From Selaginella moellendorffii (lineage: Eukaryota > Plantae > Lycopodiophyta): a stretch of 64,000 nucleotides of DNA. The stretch covers positions 819,431 through 883,430 of the forward strand of contig NW_003314262.1 of the NCBI RefSeq assembly GCF_000143415.4, written 5' to 3'. Shown in pieces: positions 22,090 to 36,185 of this stretch (position 1 is the stretch's first letter; the number at the start of each line of letters is the position of its first letter). The notes under the pieces were generated by a model. It did not search any database and was not told where the DNA came from. It saw only the letters and a list, made by a program, of their open reading frames with translations. Position numbers and translations under genes: made by a program.

Positions 22090-24750
22090 CTTGCAGAAAT
22101 TCCTCCACTAGATCTCACACGGTCGTTAGGTTCTCTTCCGGTTCCCATGTTGCTTCGTAGTGTGGAAAAGCTTTTCCACTTCACATGGAACTCTCTCACC
22201 TCGCATCCTTGTCACTTGCTCTTGTGCGCATTGAGGATGGCCTTGACTTCGTATTCCTCTTCCCCTTGGATAACCTCAGGTAAAGGTCTTACTTGGTCCT
22301 TGCGAAGCGGATCCTCAAAGTACGGCTTAAGTAAGTTCACGTGGAACACTGGATGCATCTTCCCCATCTTTCGAGGAAGTCGGAGATAGTAAACCACTTT
22401 ACTGATTCGTGCCTCAATCTTGTAAGGCCCCGCGAACCTGCTTAAGAAACTCAAGATCAATTCATTTACAGAAATACATGCATTTTTACCTTTGGGTCAA
22501 CTTCTGGTTGATCCCACTTGGTAGCCTGAGGTTCTTAGTGTTCAGCCACACCTTCTCCCCAGCTTGGAACTCTACATCCCGACGCTTCTGGTTAGTGTAC
22601 TTGGTTTGCCTTTATTGAGCCCGTTCCAAGGAATCCCTCACTAGATTCCAGATGTTGAGTCTTTCCACTATGAATGCCTCCACTACAGGTAACTCTCCAT
22701 GATACTTAGCCACGCTGAGTTCCATAGGACCTTCAATAGCTCGCCCATTGATGACTTCCCATGGACTCACCCCGATACTCGAATGTGGTAAGTTGTTATA
22801 ACACATTTCCGCAAGTCCCAAATGACTTACTCAATCAGTCTGGTCTCCCAAGACATAGCATTGCAAATAATCCTCCACCTAGCTATTCACCCTTTCTATT
22901 TGTCCGTCTGTCAAGAAGTGTTAGTGCCATCAAACTTGACTTAATACCCAATACCTATATGTGGGTGATAGGCTGTGTTGAATTTCAACTTGGTGCGATA
23001 CTATTCTAGGAGAGTTCTCCAGAACCTACTGGTGAAGATCTTATCTCGATCTGATATAATCCTCTCACCTGTAGGTATCAATATACTTCTGTGTGACTAG
23101 TGTTTACATTTATCCTTTCGTCCTGATTACAGAGTGGACCTCTGATATCTATTCTTTTTGGAGAAAGTCAATGAATATCTTGGGATACAGGTAATCATAG
23201 TTCTTTGTAAGTTTTGTTGTCAAAGCTAGAGGAAATTCTTCGGTTGGGGTATGGTTTTGTCACAGTTTTTTATGGTAGTATGGTGACAGAAAGGCTATCT
23301 AGAAGTCCTAATGGTAGAGTCGACTTAATGCTACAGGTAAGTCTTGCTCTTTGCTATCATGTCATTCTCATGTGGATCCAGGATACAAAATTTGAGCACC
23401 ACTACATATCGGTATCTGATAACGACAGCAGTGGCGAGAGAGAGAGTGCCAGACACTTGGGATCATGCTGTGAGAGCTTGGAGACTTTGTCCCACACTTC
23501 CAGAGCTTCTTCGCTTGGTGGGTTTTGTTTGGCTGAGCGGTGGTGGTCATGGCAGGCTATAAAAACATTGGCAGTAACAATGTGATATGCAGGGCAAAGG
23601 CTGTCTCAAGATAGACCAAAAGAATTTATTTATGGCTTTGACGACATAGATGGAATTTTGAGAAAGATTAAAGAATATAAGGAAAAGATAAAACAGTTCA
23701 AGAAGATTAACAAAAATCTGTTTGGAGACACAACAAGTGACACACATGTTTGCCTGGGTGGAGGTGCCCTAGAACACAACCATAAGGTGTTTGTTAGCAG
23801 AGGTGGTGTCTTCTCTCTTCTGGCCTTCCCCGCACTCGAACCACTTGTTCGAAGAAAAGCTTCGCCACACCTTTCGCTTCCCAATATCTTCCGTTGTGGT
23901 GGGTATGAAATGTGCCATCTTCGAAAATCGGTCCACCACCACAAATATCGCATCGAACCCCTCGCTTGGGGGGAGTCTCGTGATGAAGGACATCATAAGA
24001 CATTTCCACAGACGATCTGGAATTGGGATGCTTTGTAACAAGCCCCCACTCGCCTTAGTCACGGCTTTGACCTGCTGATAGCCGCTAGAAACTCATAAGG
24101 GCATCACTAGAAACTCAAAGCTCCCATACCTGGTTCGACAGGTTGTCTTCTCGACATCTTCCTCTGCTACCCTGATTTTATAATATCCTGACCTTAGGTC
24201 AATCCTCGAGAAGTATTTTGCCATTCCCAACCTATCAAACAGGTCCTCAATCCTTGGCAAAGGGTACTTGTTCTTCTTTGTATACTTGTTGAGCAACCGG
24301 TAGTCTATGCACATGCGCATAGATCCATCTTTCTTTTTCACAAATAACACAAGCGCCCCATATGGTGACTTGCTTAACCTAACATACCCTTTGTCCACCA
24401 ACTCTTCTAGTTGGCGCTTGAGCTCCTTGAGTTCCTTTTCGTTCAAACGATAGGCTGGATGAACCACCGCCTTAGCATCCTCGACCAGCTCAATCTTATG
24501 CTCTATCGGTCATGCGGGGGGTAACCCCGCCGGTAGCTCCTCTGGCATGGTATCCTGGAATTGGTCTAACACCCGCTAGATCACTAAAGGTACTTCTTTC
24601 GTTCCATTCTTTTTGTCACTCTTCATTGAGAGTAAGCACAAAAATGCTGCCTTGGTTCTTTTAGTGAGTTGTCCTCTTGTGGACACCAAGTTTAAGCAGG
24701 AATCTTTGGCCTTGCATTGCCCTACCTTTAAATCCTGGGCCTCCACCCTG
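22090..24750 (-). pseudogene. Chromovirus pol remnants: RT N-half (24093-24467), integrase (24080-22260, split by an insert), chromodomain (about 22100-22260)
   Basis: RT nearly identical to 9062-9370. Integrase motifs [42 protein letters not shown]. Chromodomain EEYEVKAIL...FHVKWK. Confidence 0.9.
23067..23820 (+). other. Foreign insert in the integrase, related to Helitron cargo at 36517-36870
   Basis: 23068-23420 closely matches 36517-36870. The integrase reads GRPE|RIISDRD across the insert. Confidence 0.8.
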
Positions 24751-25509
24751 GATCTCCTTGGTATCCATAGCTCTCTCGAGAGCCTCGCTCTCTTGACACC
24801 CTACCCCTCGGGTCGAGCCTAGCAGGAGCAAATTGGACCAGCCAGATGTCAATCAACATGTGGTGTGATTCCCTTAGCCAACCAATAGAGTCAGACCCGA
24901 GACCGCTTTGATACCAAATGTAAGCTCCTAAGTTTGGACTTCCCGGGAGGTCACCCAGCTCAGTATTATTTAAACCCAAGGACGCTTAACCCTAAGTATC
25001 CCAAGACCCTTAACCGATTGGAAAAGGGGGTGCACTCTTGTTCATGGGCTCTTTCACTCTATATTTGAACCCTATGGACCATCTCTCAAGTCGTTCTCTT
25101 TGGTTGCTTACAATCAAGTACATTCTTTTGGGTTTTTAGCAACTATCATTTTTAGATGTGCCTCTGCTCTGAAATGGAAATTTAAAGTCAGTAATAGATA
25201 CAATTCATACATACTTCAGTGATAGTTCCCTCAATATAGCTAGTTTAGGGAAGTTATGTATTAGCTGAGCATCTTTCAATGTGAAGGTGATCTCAGTGTC
25301 TGGTTTTTTATTTAGTAGAAATTCTTCCATTTGTGATTTTACATTCTGGAATTCATTGGATTTTGAGTTAGCTTATATTTAATTTATGTTTCTCACAAAT
25401 TTACACCAAATACCTTATCTATTTCATTAGCAAAGTGAGATTTCGGTGCCTTTGTTGCTTTTCTTTGAAAAGGTTCTATGTCCTCGCAGTCTAAGGATAA
25501 TGATTAATA

Positions 25510-28500
25510 TCATACTTCTTTATTTAAAAGTGCTATTGGCATCGGGGGACAGATATTCTCTTACCCTTAGATTTTTAGGATGGATGGCTTAGATGTAACA
25601 CTCTCTTAAAACGGTTATGGCTTTTCATATATCTGAGGGTTTTATGTTTGACTCTCATATATCACTGTGCAGCATTGGGAACGAGATTGTGAGCCCCTTG
25701 AAAATACCATTTTCCTCAATTTGGTACACAAATTTTTTGTTTCAGATACACTATGGTGGCTTGATTATTCACTTATGATAAGTTTCTTTCTCGCAGGTGG
25801 ACACATTTGTATGATCCTGGGGTTTACAGGGCAAAATACTTCTGTGTTTGCAGCTTTTACAGCCATCCTTTTTCATTTCCCATTTCATGTTATGTTACAG
25901 GTAATTCGTAATCACAGCAGAAGCAGCAGTATCACCAGCAAGATGCACTCAAGGCTGTGCGAAAATTCTCCACCAGTATTTTGGGAATGTTTACATGTAC
26001 GTAGTGGCAATGTCTGGGTCAGTGAGCAGGTTGGTGCGAGGTACAGGGATGAAGATTTCACAAGGGACAGGGAAAAAAGAGCTTGTGGGGTCGGCCATCG
26101 CCCACGAGCAGTGGAATACATTTTTAAGATATATTATGGTGGCTTGATTCTTCACTTATGGTAAGCTTCTTTCTCGCAAGTGGACACATTCGTACAATTC
26201 TGGCACTTACAGATACCAAAATGCTTCTGTGTTTGCAGTGTTTACAGCCATCCTTTCTTTGTGATTACAGAGTGGGATATTTTTTTCAGACAAAGTCAGT
26301 TATGATTTTGGGATACAGGAAATCATCGTGCTTTTTATGTTTTGCTATCAGAGCTGAAGTAAGTTCTTTGGTTGGGGTATGTTTTTGTGTCACAGATTTT
26401 AATTGTAGTATATTAATGGCAAGTATAGAACTGATTTTATGCTACAGGTAAGTCAGAAGAATCATGGCAACAGTAGCAACATCACCAGTGAGATGCACTC
26501 AAAGCTGCACAAGAATTCTCCACCAGTATGAACGGCAACATGTACGTACGTCAGTGAGCAGGTTGGTACAAGGGATAGGTATGAAAATCTCACAAGGGAC
26601 AGGGAAAAAGATCTTGTGGTGTCAGTCACCGCCCATGAGCAATGGAATACGTTTTTCAAGCTTCATGAATGAAGACTCAAGTCTGGAGAAAGAAGGTAAA
26701 AAACAATTTCTTTCAGAGTTGGAAGGATTGAAGAGGAAGCTCATGAGCAAGGTTGCTAGCTTCAATCCAGCCCAATTGACAGTTATGATGAAAATACACA
26801 AAGCTATAAAAGGAAGAAGTTTGGTTTTGTTTGTTTCCATTTCTTCCAGTTTGAGGAGTTTGTGGTGGTTTAGTAGAGGAAGTATCCTTACTGCCCTCCT
26901 CACATCACCAGACCAAAGGTATCTATTTTTGTTATTCATAACTCTTTAGTATGATCTTTTTTCTAAAATTATTTCTTGTGTCAGGAGTGTAAGAAGTTCT
27001 GTGTGGTTCTCCTCCCCAAAAGACAATACTTTGTTGCTAGAGAATTTCAAACTACTGGCAGTTCCATTGTTTGTTTGGCAGTTCCATTCTTTCTTTTTAT
27101 TTTTTCTTATTTTCCTCTATTAGCTTACTATGAGTGGCTCTTTATTTGATATGTAGATACACTCTCTCAGCTGTATAAAAGTGAAAGAGAAAGAGAGAAA
27201 AACAAACCTGCCAATGTACACTTATCAAAAGATCAATAGAACAGCCTCAGTATGTACTAAGAAGAGTTGAGTATCAATGAACATCTGATAATTACCACCA
27301 GGAGAAAAAGCTTATAGTTTTCTTTTAATTTTCGTAAGTTGTGACTCTTGTGCTCATTTTTAGATTGAACTTTTGTGACTATGTGAGTGCCTACAACTGC
27401 ACATAGCGATTCTAAATAGCTTCTACGAGTCTTCAAAAAAACCGTCTGCTGCCTGCAATGTAAAAAAAACCTCTCATCCAGTCTGTTGCTCTCTCCCCAA
27501 TGTTCACTGAGAAATGTGTACTCTTTCTTTTCCTTTCATGATCACTTGAATCCTTATAGTTTAGTTTATAGAGCTTTTTGATACTGCTGGCTTTTCACTT
27601 AGTAATCTTCTGTGAAGAAAAAAGTGCTGAAGTACCTTCAATCATACATGAATGTGCATGATGACTGTGATTTCGTGTCTCAAATTGGTCATGAGAAAAA
27701 AAATCAAGTGTGGGAGAGAAATGATTAAAATGAAATGTAGAATAAGGTAAAGCAGTAGAATGCATAGATTGCAATCAAAGCTGCAAGTTTTAGAAACAAA
27801 CTATAGAATAAACATGCTGAGACTGGAGTAAAAGGCTGTCTTTGGTGACCAAAAACCAAAGCCTCAATAATCCAGAGGAGAAAATGGATAAAATGGAAGG
27901 CCATGATGAACAAGAGCATTGGCAACATAAGTGGTCATTTTGGGCATGTAATCAAACACTTGCCTGGCTCCTCACAGAAAGCAATAAAAAAGAAACAGAT
28001 TGAACAATGCCAACGCCAAAGCCAATGCCATTCTCTGCTTCTCCTAGCGTAGCTGGATCCTTGCAATTCTTTCTATGGAGTAAATGACATCCGAAATGAC
28101 TCCTTTTATAAGAACCTACAGAGTTCTAAGATTTAGTATTTAAAAAAGTCTGATACCTCAGACTTAACAGCCCTTACCACCGAGTTGAAACTTGAAGTCC
28201 CTCTAATCAACAGCTTATTCCCGTTTAGAAAGTTTTGTTAGAAAAAAAATAGTGTTTTTGTTTATACAAAACCGCTGTTTACAGTGTTTAGTGTTTGGTC
28301 TTTGAGAAGCTGTTGTTGGTCCCACAACTAAAGCGAGCATATGCCAATGCATCTCTGGAACTTGCCTGGGAGCTTGGTTGCAGATCCACTCCACTAGGAA
28401 CTCCTTGTCCTTCGCAATCAAACCAGCAGATGTGACTGTGTAGCATGCAGCGATCTAACAAGTTGTTTCTTTTTTTTTTTTTTCCTGTTTCAGTGCTCAT

Positions 28501-29335
28501 TGAGAAGCATATAGCAAGCTTTACATCTTGCAAACTATTTCTTGTTCTTGGCTCCCTCCAAGCTCCAACTTCCAGGAATCCACCGAATCCTGTCTGCCAT
28601 TACTGCTCCTCATTCCTGTGCTTGTAGCTCTCCTTCCCATAAGGACCGTCTTTGGTGCCACGACCTTTACCGGTCCACACAAAAGTTTTTTAGCAGTTTC
28701 TTAACACCAAATGCTTTGTGGCATGCAAGAAGTTCCTCCGTGAGAAGAACCCCTAGACTGCCTTTGATGTGTTCCAACTGAACTCAATATCCATATTGAG
28801 CAGAATAAAGCCGCTTGGGTCCTCAATAAACTTCCACCACCTCTCTTCAATTTCTTCTTGCCACTTTACAGAAAGTCACTGAAAAAATCTAAGATTCTGT
28901 AGAACTTCACTGGTTAAAACTCAGACAAGAAATCTAGAAGAAAAAGCCAGCTTTTGAATGCTTCTTTTTTTTATCCTGGTCCTTTGATCTAAAACCACGT
29001 GGGTTATGTTAGAACACCTGAAACCTCCCTTGATATCAAGCTTTCAAGTAGATGTTGTAACTTTTGATTATGGATTTTTTATGCTCCATCTCCAGGATGA
29101 TGAATTTAGAATCTTGGAACTTTCTAAGTGGGCATTTGCTTTCATTTTAAGTACAAGACTTGCAGAATAAATGAAGCCAGCTTTGATTAATTACAAAACC
29201 TTGCTTTCTAGAGTTTACAGCTATAACTTTCAACGGATTGTTTTAAAATGCTTACTCTTGATGCTAAAATGCTTGAAAATTTAATGTGCCCAAAATATTT
29301 TGTCCTTCTCCCAGCGGAGCTGGGATCCCAGCTAG
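25510..29335 (+). mobile_element. Non-autonomous Helitron H1
   Basis: A|TCATACTTCTTTATTTAAAAG 5' end. CCCAGCGGAGCTGGG hairpin then CTAG|T at 29332-29335. An older internal end lies at about 28043. Confidence 0.72.
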
Positions 29336-29618
29336 TTGTGAATATATTTTAGCAAAGAAACATCATTCTTGTGTTAAAAGGTTCTACCATGAAGATGTTC
29401 TATTTGTTGTTCATTCTAAAATTGGCATAAAGTTTTTTCTTCATGCATCATGTTCTTTTTCTCAGTAACAAAAGCAACATTAGCAACTGATCTATCAGTC
29501 TGCTTTTTCTGAAAGTCCTTCCTGTGTAGAAAAAGAACTTATTAAAAAGGTATAAACAAGCAAGCTAACCATAATCTTTTCTGCATTATTTGCAGTTGAT
29601 GTTCTAATTGTTGAACAA

Positions 29619-30576
29619 TGTAAGCTACAAAATTTTCCTTTCCAATTTGCCACCTTACCTCGTCTATCCGACCAACATTGCCTTGGCTTTTGCTAAGTTC
29701 CCTCGCCAAGGTTCTCGCCTATTGTACCAGCTCCTACTTGGTCTTACTTGGTTTCAGCTACTAACTACACGAGCAACGGAGGGTTAGCCATCCATTCATG
29801 GATTCCCAATTCTTTCCCAATACCCCTCCGCAGGTTAAACTAGACTTAAGGTTCGGCTACACTCCCCACAAGCATAAGCAGCCAAGCACACCAAGCCTCC
29901 AGGTTCTTAACATCCCTTGGTACAACAAGACTTGATCATAGGACCCTCTAAATCCCAAGCCTTGGGTGCAACACTTGCTTCGGGACGTCAGGGCAAAACA
30001 CCATGGCCTAATGGCCCGGTATGGGTACCTCTACCCCCCCCAATTCCATCCTGAAGGAAGGGCCCAAGCCCCTAGGAAGGGCGAGGACCAATGAGCCACA
30101 AGGTACTCAAGTGGGGCAACACTCCATATGAGCCAGGAGCACTACAGTCGGTTTCCCTTTCGAGAGTGGGAGCTGCTCTTGAGCACTTCCTTGGGTGGCC
30201 CCTCTGGCACCACCCGAGTCCATGCTCATTCCCACCCAAGGCCCCTTGACCCCAATCTCAACCTCAAGTTAGTTTGGAAGCACCACTAGAGAGTTCCTGG
30301 ACGTCACTATCCCTACTATACTTTTGAAACCCCCTGCAGCCCCCCCCCCCCCCCCCCCGGGAGACACACACAACAAACTAAGCAGCACTGGATCTGAGGA
30401 TGACTTCCACGAAGCAAAGAAGCCGTCCCAGCACCGTCCTGTCACGTACATCTACTCATTCTTTTATCTTTTGCAAGTATCTACTTGGCTATGTTGCTCA
30501 CTGGACTGGAGACAAGGATGCTATTGACATTGGCTAGCCTTCAAAATGTGTCCAGATTGGCACAATGTGGTTCACA
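29619..30576 (-). mobile_element. Solo LTR of family C
   Basis: tgtaagc...ttcaca ends; homologous to 9476-9929; no flanking PBS or PPT; TSD not clean. Confidence 0.8.
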
Positions 30577-33177
30577 ACAGCAGTATACATTTGATTGCTC
30601 ATAGCTCCACTCATTTTTTCCAGATCGAGACTTCTTCTAAGCACATGCAAAGTAAGCTCAAGTTTATTGTAATGTAGTGTTGTAAATTTGGAGAAGAATT
30701 AAAAGTCTTTGGTTGGAAACAAATTACGAGTTTTCACCATGGATCTAGTGTCTGCATGGAAGAAAAGCAAATGAATGAGGAACAAAAACTGATCGAGTTT
30801 TTCTTTGTTTTTACCTTATTCTCCTGCATAGATGGGGATCTCAGACAGCTTTTTAGATGCCATGCCTCTAGAAGCTCGTGCATATAATCATCTTCAACTT
30901 GTGAGATCACACAGTCAAAACAAATGCACTCTAAAAGGTGATAAGAGCTTATGTTTATGAGACAAATGGATCATACAAACAGTATAATCGAAAGGTTATT
31001 TGTTGGTACTATAGCGGTCGTGGCATATGCTGAGGTTACGGAGGTGTCACAACCATAGCTACTGTTAGTTCTTCACAGTTTTTGTTGATCAAAGAGCATT
31101 CTCAATGCACTTCTTTTTGGCTTTTTGGACACTTCACAAAATAGTGATTGTCTAAAGAATTCTTTTTAATCAATTCCAGGATAGTCTCCAACCATTAGGA
31201 ACTTCTCCTGTATTGTGTTGTCAATTTCTTGAGGTCCCTGCTTGGAATTTTGGAATTTTGGGGTCAATTTCTTGGTGCCAATGCCAAAAATAGCACCTTC
31301 AATTTACTTTTGAAACCTTTCTTTTGTACTTTAGTTGGCTGGATTTTCCTATTTTTCCTGCAGAGCTTGGACTTCATAAAATCTATGAGCGCAAGCTTCC
31401 CTAGATTTGGACCTTTTGGTTCATTTAATCTGGGTATTAATATATTATCTAGTTTGACATCTAATTAATATAATATTTTATGTCTAATCTGATTAATGTT
31501 TGTAAGGTTTATTTACTAATAAGTCTTCTTCAACGTCCAATCTACATAACCTGAATAAATATTTATAAATTAAATAATAGAATTATGGAGGGAAGAAAGG
31601 TTTTACTACCAAGAATAGTATTAAAGCAGACAGCACTACTGTACAAATGTTTAAGCTTGAGCAAACAACTATTACAGTGACACTTTAGCTACTTCCATGG
31701 ATTCACACCTCAAACAATTATTTTCAATATGTACACATTATAGTGCTCCATCACAAGATGCCTTGTTTACTTGAGCCTCCATGTTCATACACTTTGGCAA
31801 GCATGCCTATGGGACTTTTTGCAAGTGCCAATTAGTACCGCAAATGAAAAACTTGTGAAGATACAAGCTTTCAAGGAAAGTAGAGGTTATCAACACAAAA
31901 ATTGCAAATCTATTCTACAACCTTGTTCCTACAAAGCTACTAATATGAAAGTGGAAATTCGAGTTCTTTCAAAGCTCGCCACTTGCTAATAATTCACAAT
32001 GTCTAGCTTGGTTCTTTCATTTTTTTTCCCTTTTTTATCTTATAAAAAACATAAGTATGAAGCAACACTTGTTTCTTTTTCCTATGAATCTACAGTGGTG
32101 TTCTGCTTCCAGGGTCTTTATCAATTTTTTGCACCTAAAGCAGTGAGATCTCCATCTTTATCTATGTTTATAGTGCATATGTCTCCGATTTCACTTCCAT
32201 GATTCTTTAAGAATATCTGCCAGTTTGTATCGGTCTCAAATATGTTGTCGTTGTTTGTACCAGAGCACAGTTTGAACATAAATTCAGATGTTTCACAGAA
32301 CACACAGATAATGTTTTGATTGTTGCAGCCGAAACAGTCTTCCATAGTTTTTCTTGTCAATTCATTTGGAAACTGCTAGTGGATTTCAAATATTTTTTCT
32401 ACAAATTATAAAATACAACATTGCATACATACCGTCAACCAAACGCCTTTGCACAAGTGGAAAGGACGAAGGGTGAATGATAAATTCATTCTATTTGACC
32501 TAAACCTAACTACCAATTTCACATGGAAGAGAACTTTGTTCCCCCCAATCTACCCAGAGATGTAGTTTTCAAAATTGCAGAGAGCAATGGCTATTTAGCA
32601 CAGTTTTTTCATGTATATCTAAAGAATTTTAAATGGAATTTCAAAGTTATAGAAATTGGAAATTGCATTGTGAACGGGATTTTTCTATCTACAAGTGTAC
32701 AGATTATGAAGGTAGACGCTGCAGAATGTACAAGTTTGTATTTTCACTGATTTGCTTAAAACAAATGTCAAATTTTGCTACAAGAAACTTACAAGAGTTG
32801 GTTCATGGTGTTCAAACGCTACAATTATAATATTACCTCTGTAACCAGATAGCTGTGCCTTAAAATACAAAGCTTCCTCATATTTAAAGGTTTTGAGTAC
32901 ATGTCAACCAAGGGTTTACTAAATAACATCATAAATTAAGTGGAGGTAATTTTGAATGTCAACCTTCCAATTTCTTTAAGATGTCTACTGCTTTCTATGG
33001 ATGGTCAGCCTGAAAATTGTATCATCAGTGGTTTACAGCATCAAGAATACAGAGGTTTTATTGGTACTTATTGGACCTCTAATACATTTATATGCTCGAA
33101 ATTACTTTCACTGTTAGGCACCAGCTTTGACCATGTGGTCAATGTCAGTCAAAGGAAGGCTCAAGGGTATTAAGCCA

Positions 33178-33990
33178 TGTTAGGGTAAGGGACAAAAAAC
33201 CCTACCCTAGGGCTCACAATGGAGCAGCGGCATAGTGGAGGTTTTGAGGTAACTCAGGGGTGGTTGGGTGGTGAGGAACCTGAAGAGGTGGCTAGCATAG
33301 TCTAGGGTGACTAGATCTTTGTCTTTTTGCACCGGATCATAACATTGGTATCAGAGACAGGTTGGTTGCAATGGCCGACTAAGCTAAACGTTGGAATCCT
33401 ATTGTCGATGGTGGTGCCGACGATGGTGCTGACAAAGTTGCAGAGATTTAGACCATTCAAGATGTGGTTTATGAGCTGTGAGCCCTTAATCGAAATCAAC
33501 AAGAGATGCAAGGCGAGATGCATGGCATGATGGATATCATGCATGGGTGTGTTGAGGCACTCAAGGCTGGATGGGGTAGCACTCCAAGGAAGCCTTCTTT
33601 GGTAGATCGACTCAATATTCCAACATTTTCCAGTGATGGTGGTGTGGACGAGTGTCTTGCTTGGCTAGCCAATGTGAAGAAGTTCTTAGCTGCTAGGGGA
33701 ACTCCAAATGTAGAGGCTTTAGTGACTATTCTGATGGTTTTGCGTGATGCGGGTCTTCGATGGTGGAATTGGCTTGAGGAGTTTCATGTTGCGGATAAAA
33801 AACCACCAATGTCTACCATGGATGAGTTTGAGGCCGCTTTCCATTTACGTTTTGCCCCTCATTATGACGTGGAAAATGCTTGTACAGAACTTTGACATTT
33901 CTAGCAAGGGAAAATGATGCTTGGGAACTATATTGAGAAGCTTACTCGCTTGATTAGTCATGTTCCATTGAAGGATCGAGATCAGAACAA
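33178..33990 (+). mobile_element. Gypsy family D: 167-bp LTR (33178-33344), PBS (33346-33356) and degenerate gag
   Basis: tgttag...ataaca, then TGGTATCAGAG; IPTFS...WLANV...LRDAGLRWW...F..RF gag-like motifs. Confidence 0.8.
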
Positions 33991-33994
33991 GTGA

Positions 33995-35216
33995 TGAAGT
34001 CCATAGAGATACTACATCAACAGCTCTAAAGAATAGGTAAAGGTTGCAAAAGTCCCCCTAGCTTCTTCTATGACACCTTAACCTGCTGACAAAGCTTGCA
34101 TGATTTACAATACTTAAGGATATCAGCCTTCATATTCCTCCAACAAAAGTTGTGCTTAATCAACTCATACGTCTTCTTCCCCCCAAAATGACCGGCCTCT
34201 AGACGATCATGATAGTGGAATAAAACTTGAGTAATTAACACATCCACCCATGGCAAATATACACGGCCATTGTAGTAGAGAATCCCATCCACCAATGAGA
34301 AAGGGGCTTCCATCTAGTCTCGCAAAGAGGCCACCTTAGCATCCTAAGCCTGAACATGCTCAACCAACTGCCCAAACTCACTAACCACCTTACTCAAATG
34401 ATGACAAAATCATGTTTGTAATGTCGTCATATGACGAACATAAGATAAAGCATCTGCCACCACATTTGATTTTCCTGGATGATGCTCAATAGGAAACTCC
34501 CCAAACTCCATGAATTTGACCATCCAACGAGCTTGCCTAGTGTTCAACTCCTTCTGTGTGAAAAGATACACAAGTGGTTTGTGATCTGTCAACACCACGA
34601 ACACTGCACCATAAAGATAGTGCCACCACATCCGCAAAGCATGAACAATAGAGAGTAACTCTTGCACGTATGTGGAATAGTGTTGATCCATGGAATTCAA
34701 AGTTCGATTGTCATATGCAATAGGCTATCCCTCTGGCATGAGAACTCCTCCCAGTGCGTAACCACTCACATCGCATGTCACCTCGTAAGGTTTTGATGGA
34801 TCAGCAATGCGAAGCACTAGAGTCTCACTCAACAATCCTTTCAGCACCACAAAACTCTCCTTTTGTGGCTTCTTCCACTCGAATGGCACATTCTTGCATA
34901 ACAACTGCATCAAAGGAATAGCCACCTCTACAAACTTATGCTGGAAACATCAGTAGTAACTAGCCATACCAAGAAAACTATGCAACTCGGCCACTGTTGT
35001 CGGTGTAGGTCAGTTTTCCACCACAGCCACCTTCCTTGGATCCATCTTGACACCCTTAGATGTCACAATATGGCCTAGATATTCCACTTCCAACTTTGCA
35101 AATTCACATTTGCTCTTCTTCACATAAAATTTGCTGTCTCGGAGTAACAAAAGGACCTTGCACAAATGCACCTTATGCTCCTCTATATTCTTGCTAAAAA
35201 CAAGATATTTGCTCAT
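33995..35216 (-). pseudogene. Gypsy pol fragment (RT C-terminus, RNase H, integrase zinc finger), opposite in orientation to the adjacent gag
   Basis: SKCEF...YLGHIV, VTCDVSGYALGGVL, TDHKPL, GHFG...CKLCQQVK. Confidence 0.88.
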
Positions 35217-35691
35217 TCACCATATACTTGAGATTATCTGTGCCTTGTTTCCTTGCTAACTTGGTATCATTTGGTTGCTCGTTAGATGCTTCGAAAATCA
35301 TACTTCTTTATTTAAAAGTGCTATTGGCATCGGGGGACAGATATTCTCTTACCCTTGGATTCGTGAAATCAATGGTCTAGATGTAATCATCATACTTCTT
35401 TATTTAAAAGTGCTATTGGCATCGGGGGACAGATATTCTCTTACCCTTGGATTCGTGAAATCAATGGTCTAGATGTAAAATCCACTCTTACCCTTGGATT
35501 CGTGAAATCAATGGTCTAGATGTAAAATCCTCTTATTAAACAGTTAATATGGCTGTTCGTATCTGGAGCATTTTTTATGCTGAAATTTTAATTCGGGAGA
35601 AGCAACACACCAGATGAAGAGTTTTCCCCTCCATACATCCAGAACCTCAAGAACTTCTGCAGTTCAAATCTGGGACATCAGAGGTGTTTTT

Positions 35692-36185
35692 TGTTTGTTC
35701 TCTGTTTCTCATTACCAGAACTCACTGCCATATTTGGAGAGTGTGAGGTAGTAGTTTGTGGAGAAGGTATCTGACCTGTTTCATCACTTTATTTTATTTT
35801 CGTGCTGCTGCAAAGTGACAACTTGGGCACCAAGATAGAGGAGGATGAGAAAGAGAAGCTGTAGAAAGAGTAAGCCCAAATCCCATCTCTATGGCCATGT
35901 GTCTGAATCCAACTGTGTTGCAGTGAAGAGGAACATTAACTCGAGACGAAGAAAAAGATTTGTTTGTTCTCTGTTTCCCATTACCGGAACTCGCTGCCAT
36001 ATCTGGAGAGTGTGAGGTAGTAGTTTGTGAAGAAGGTAGCTGACCTGTTTCATCACTTTGTTTCATTTTTGTGCTGCTGCAGAGTGACAACTTGTGCACC
36101 AAGATAGAGGAGGATGAGAAGGAGAAGTTGCAGAAAGAGTAAGTTCAAATCCCATCTCTGTGGCCGTGTGTCTGAAATTCAACGG
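35692..36185. repeat. Tandem duplication, about 270-bp period
   Basis: 35692-35915 resembles 35961-36185. Confidence 0.85.

Larger units (their letters stand above)
21070..25112 (-). mobile_element. Cassandra-type (5S-rRNA-containing) TRIM tandem with three LTRs, enclosing chromovirus pol remnants
   Basis: 194-bp LTRs at 21070-21263 and 24919-25112, partial LTR at 21468-21588. PBS before 21468 and before 24919; PPT after 21263. ATCAA TSD at 21065-21069 and 25113-25117. Confidence 0.9.

Noticed and set aside
30600-33170. Short ORFs in AT-rich DNA (also 19200-20800 and 28200-28900)
   Set aside because: No recognisable motifs; they may be unidentified decayed fragments.
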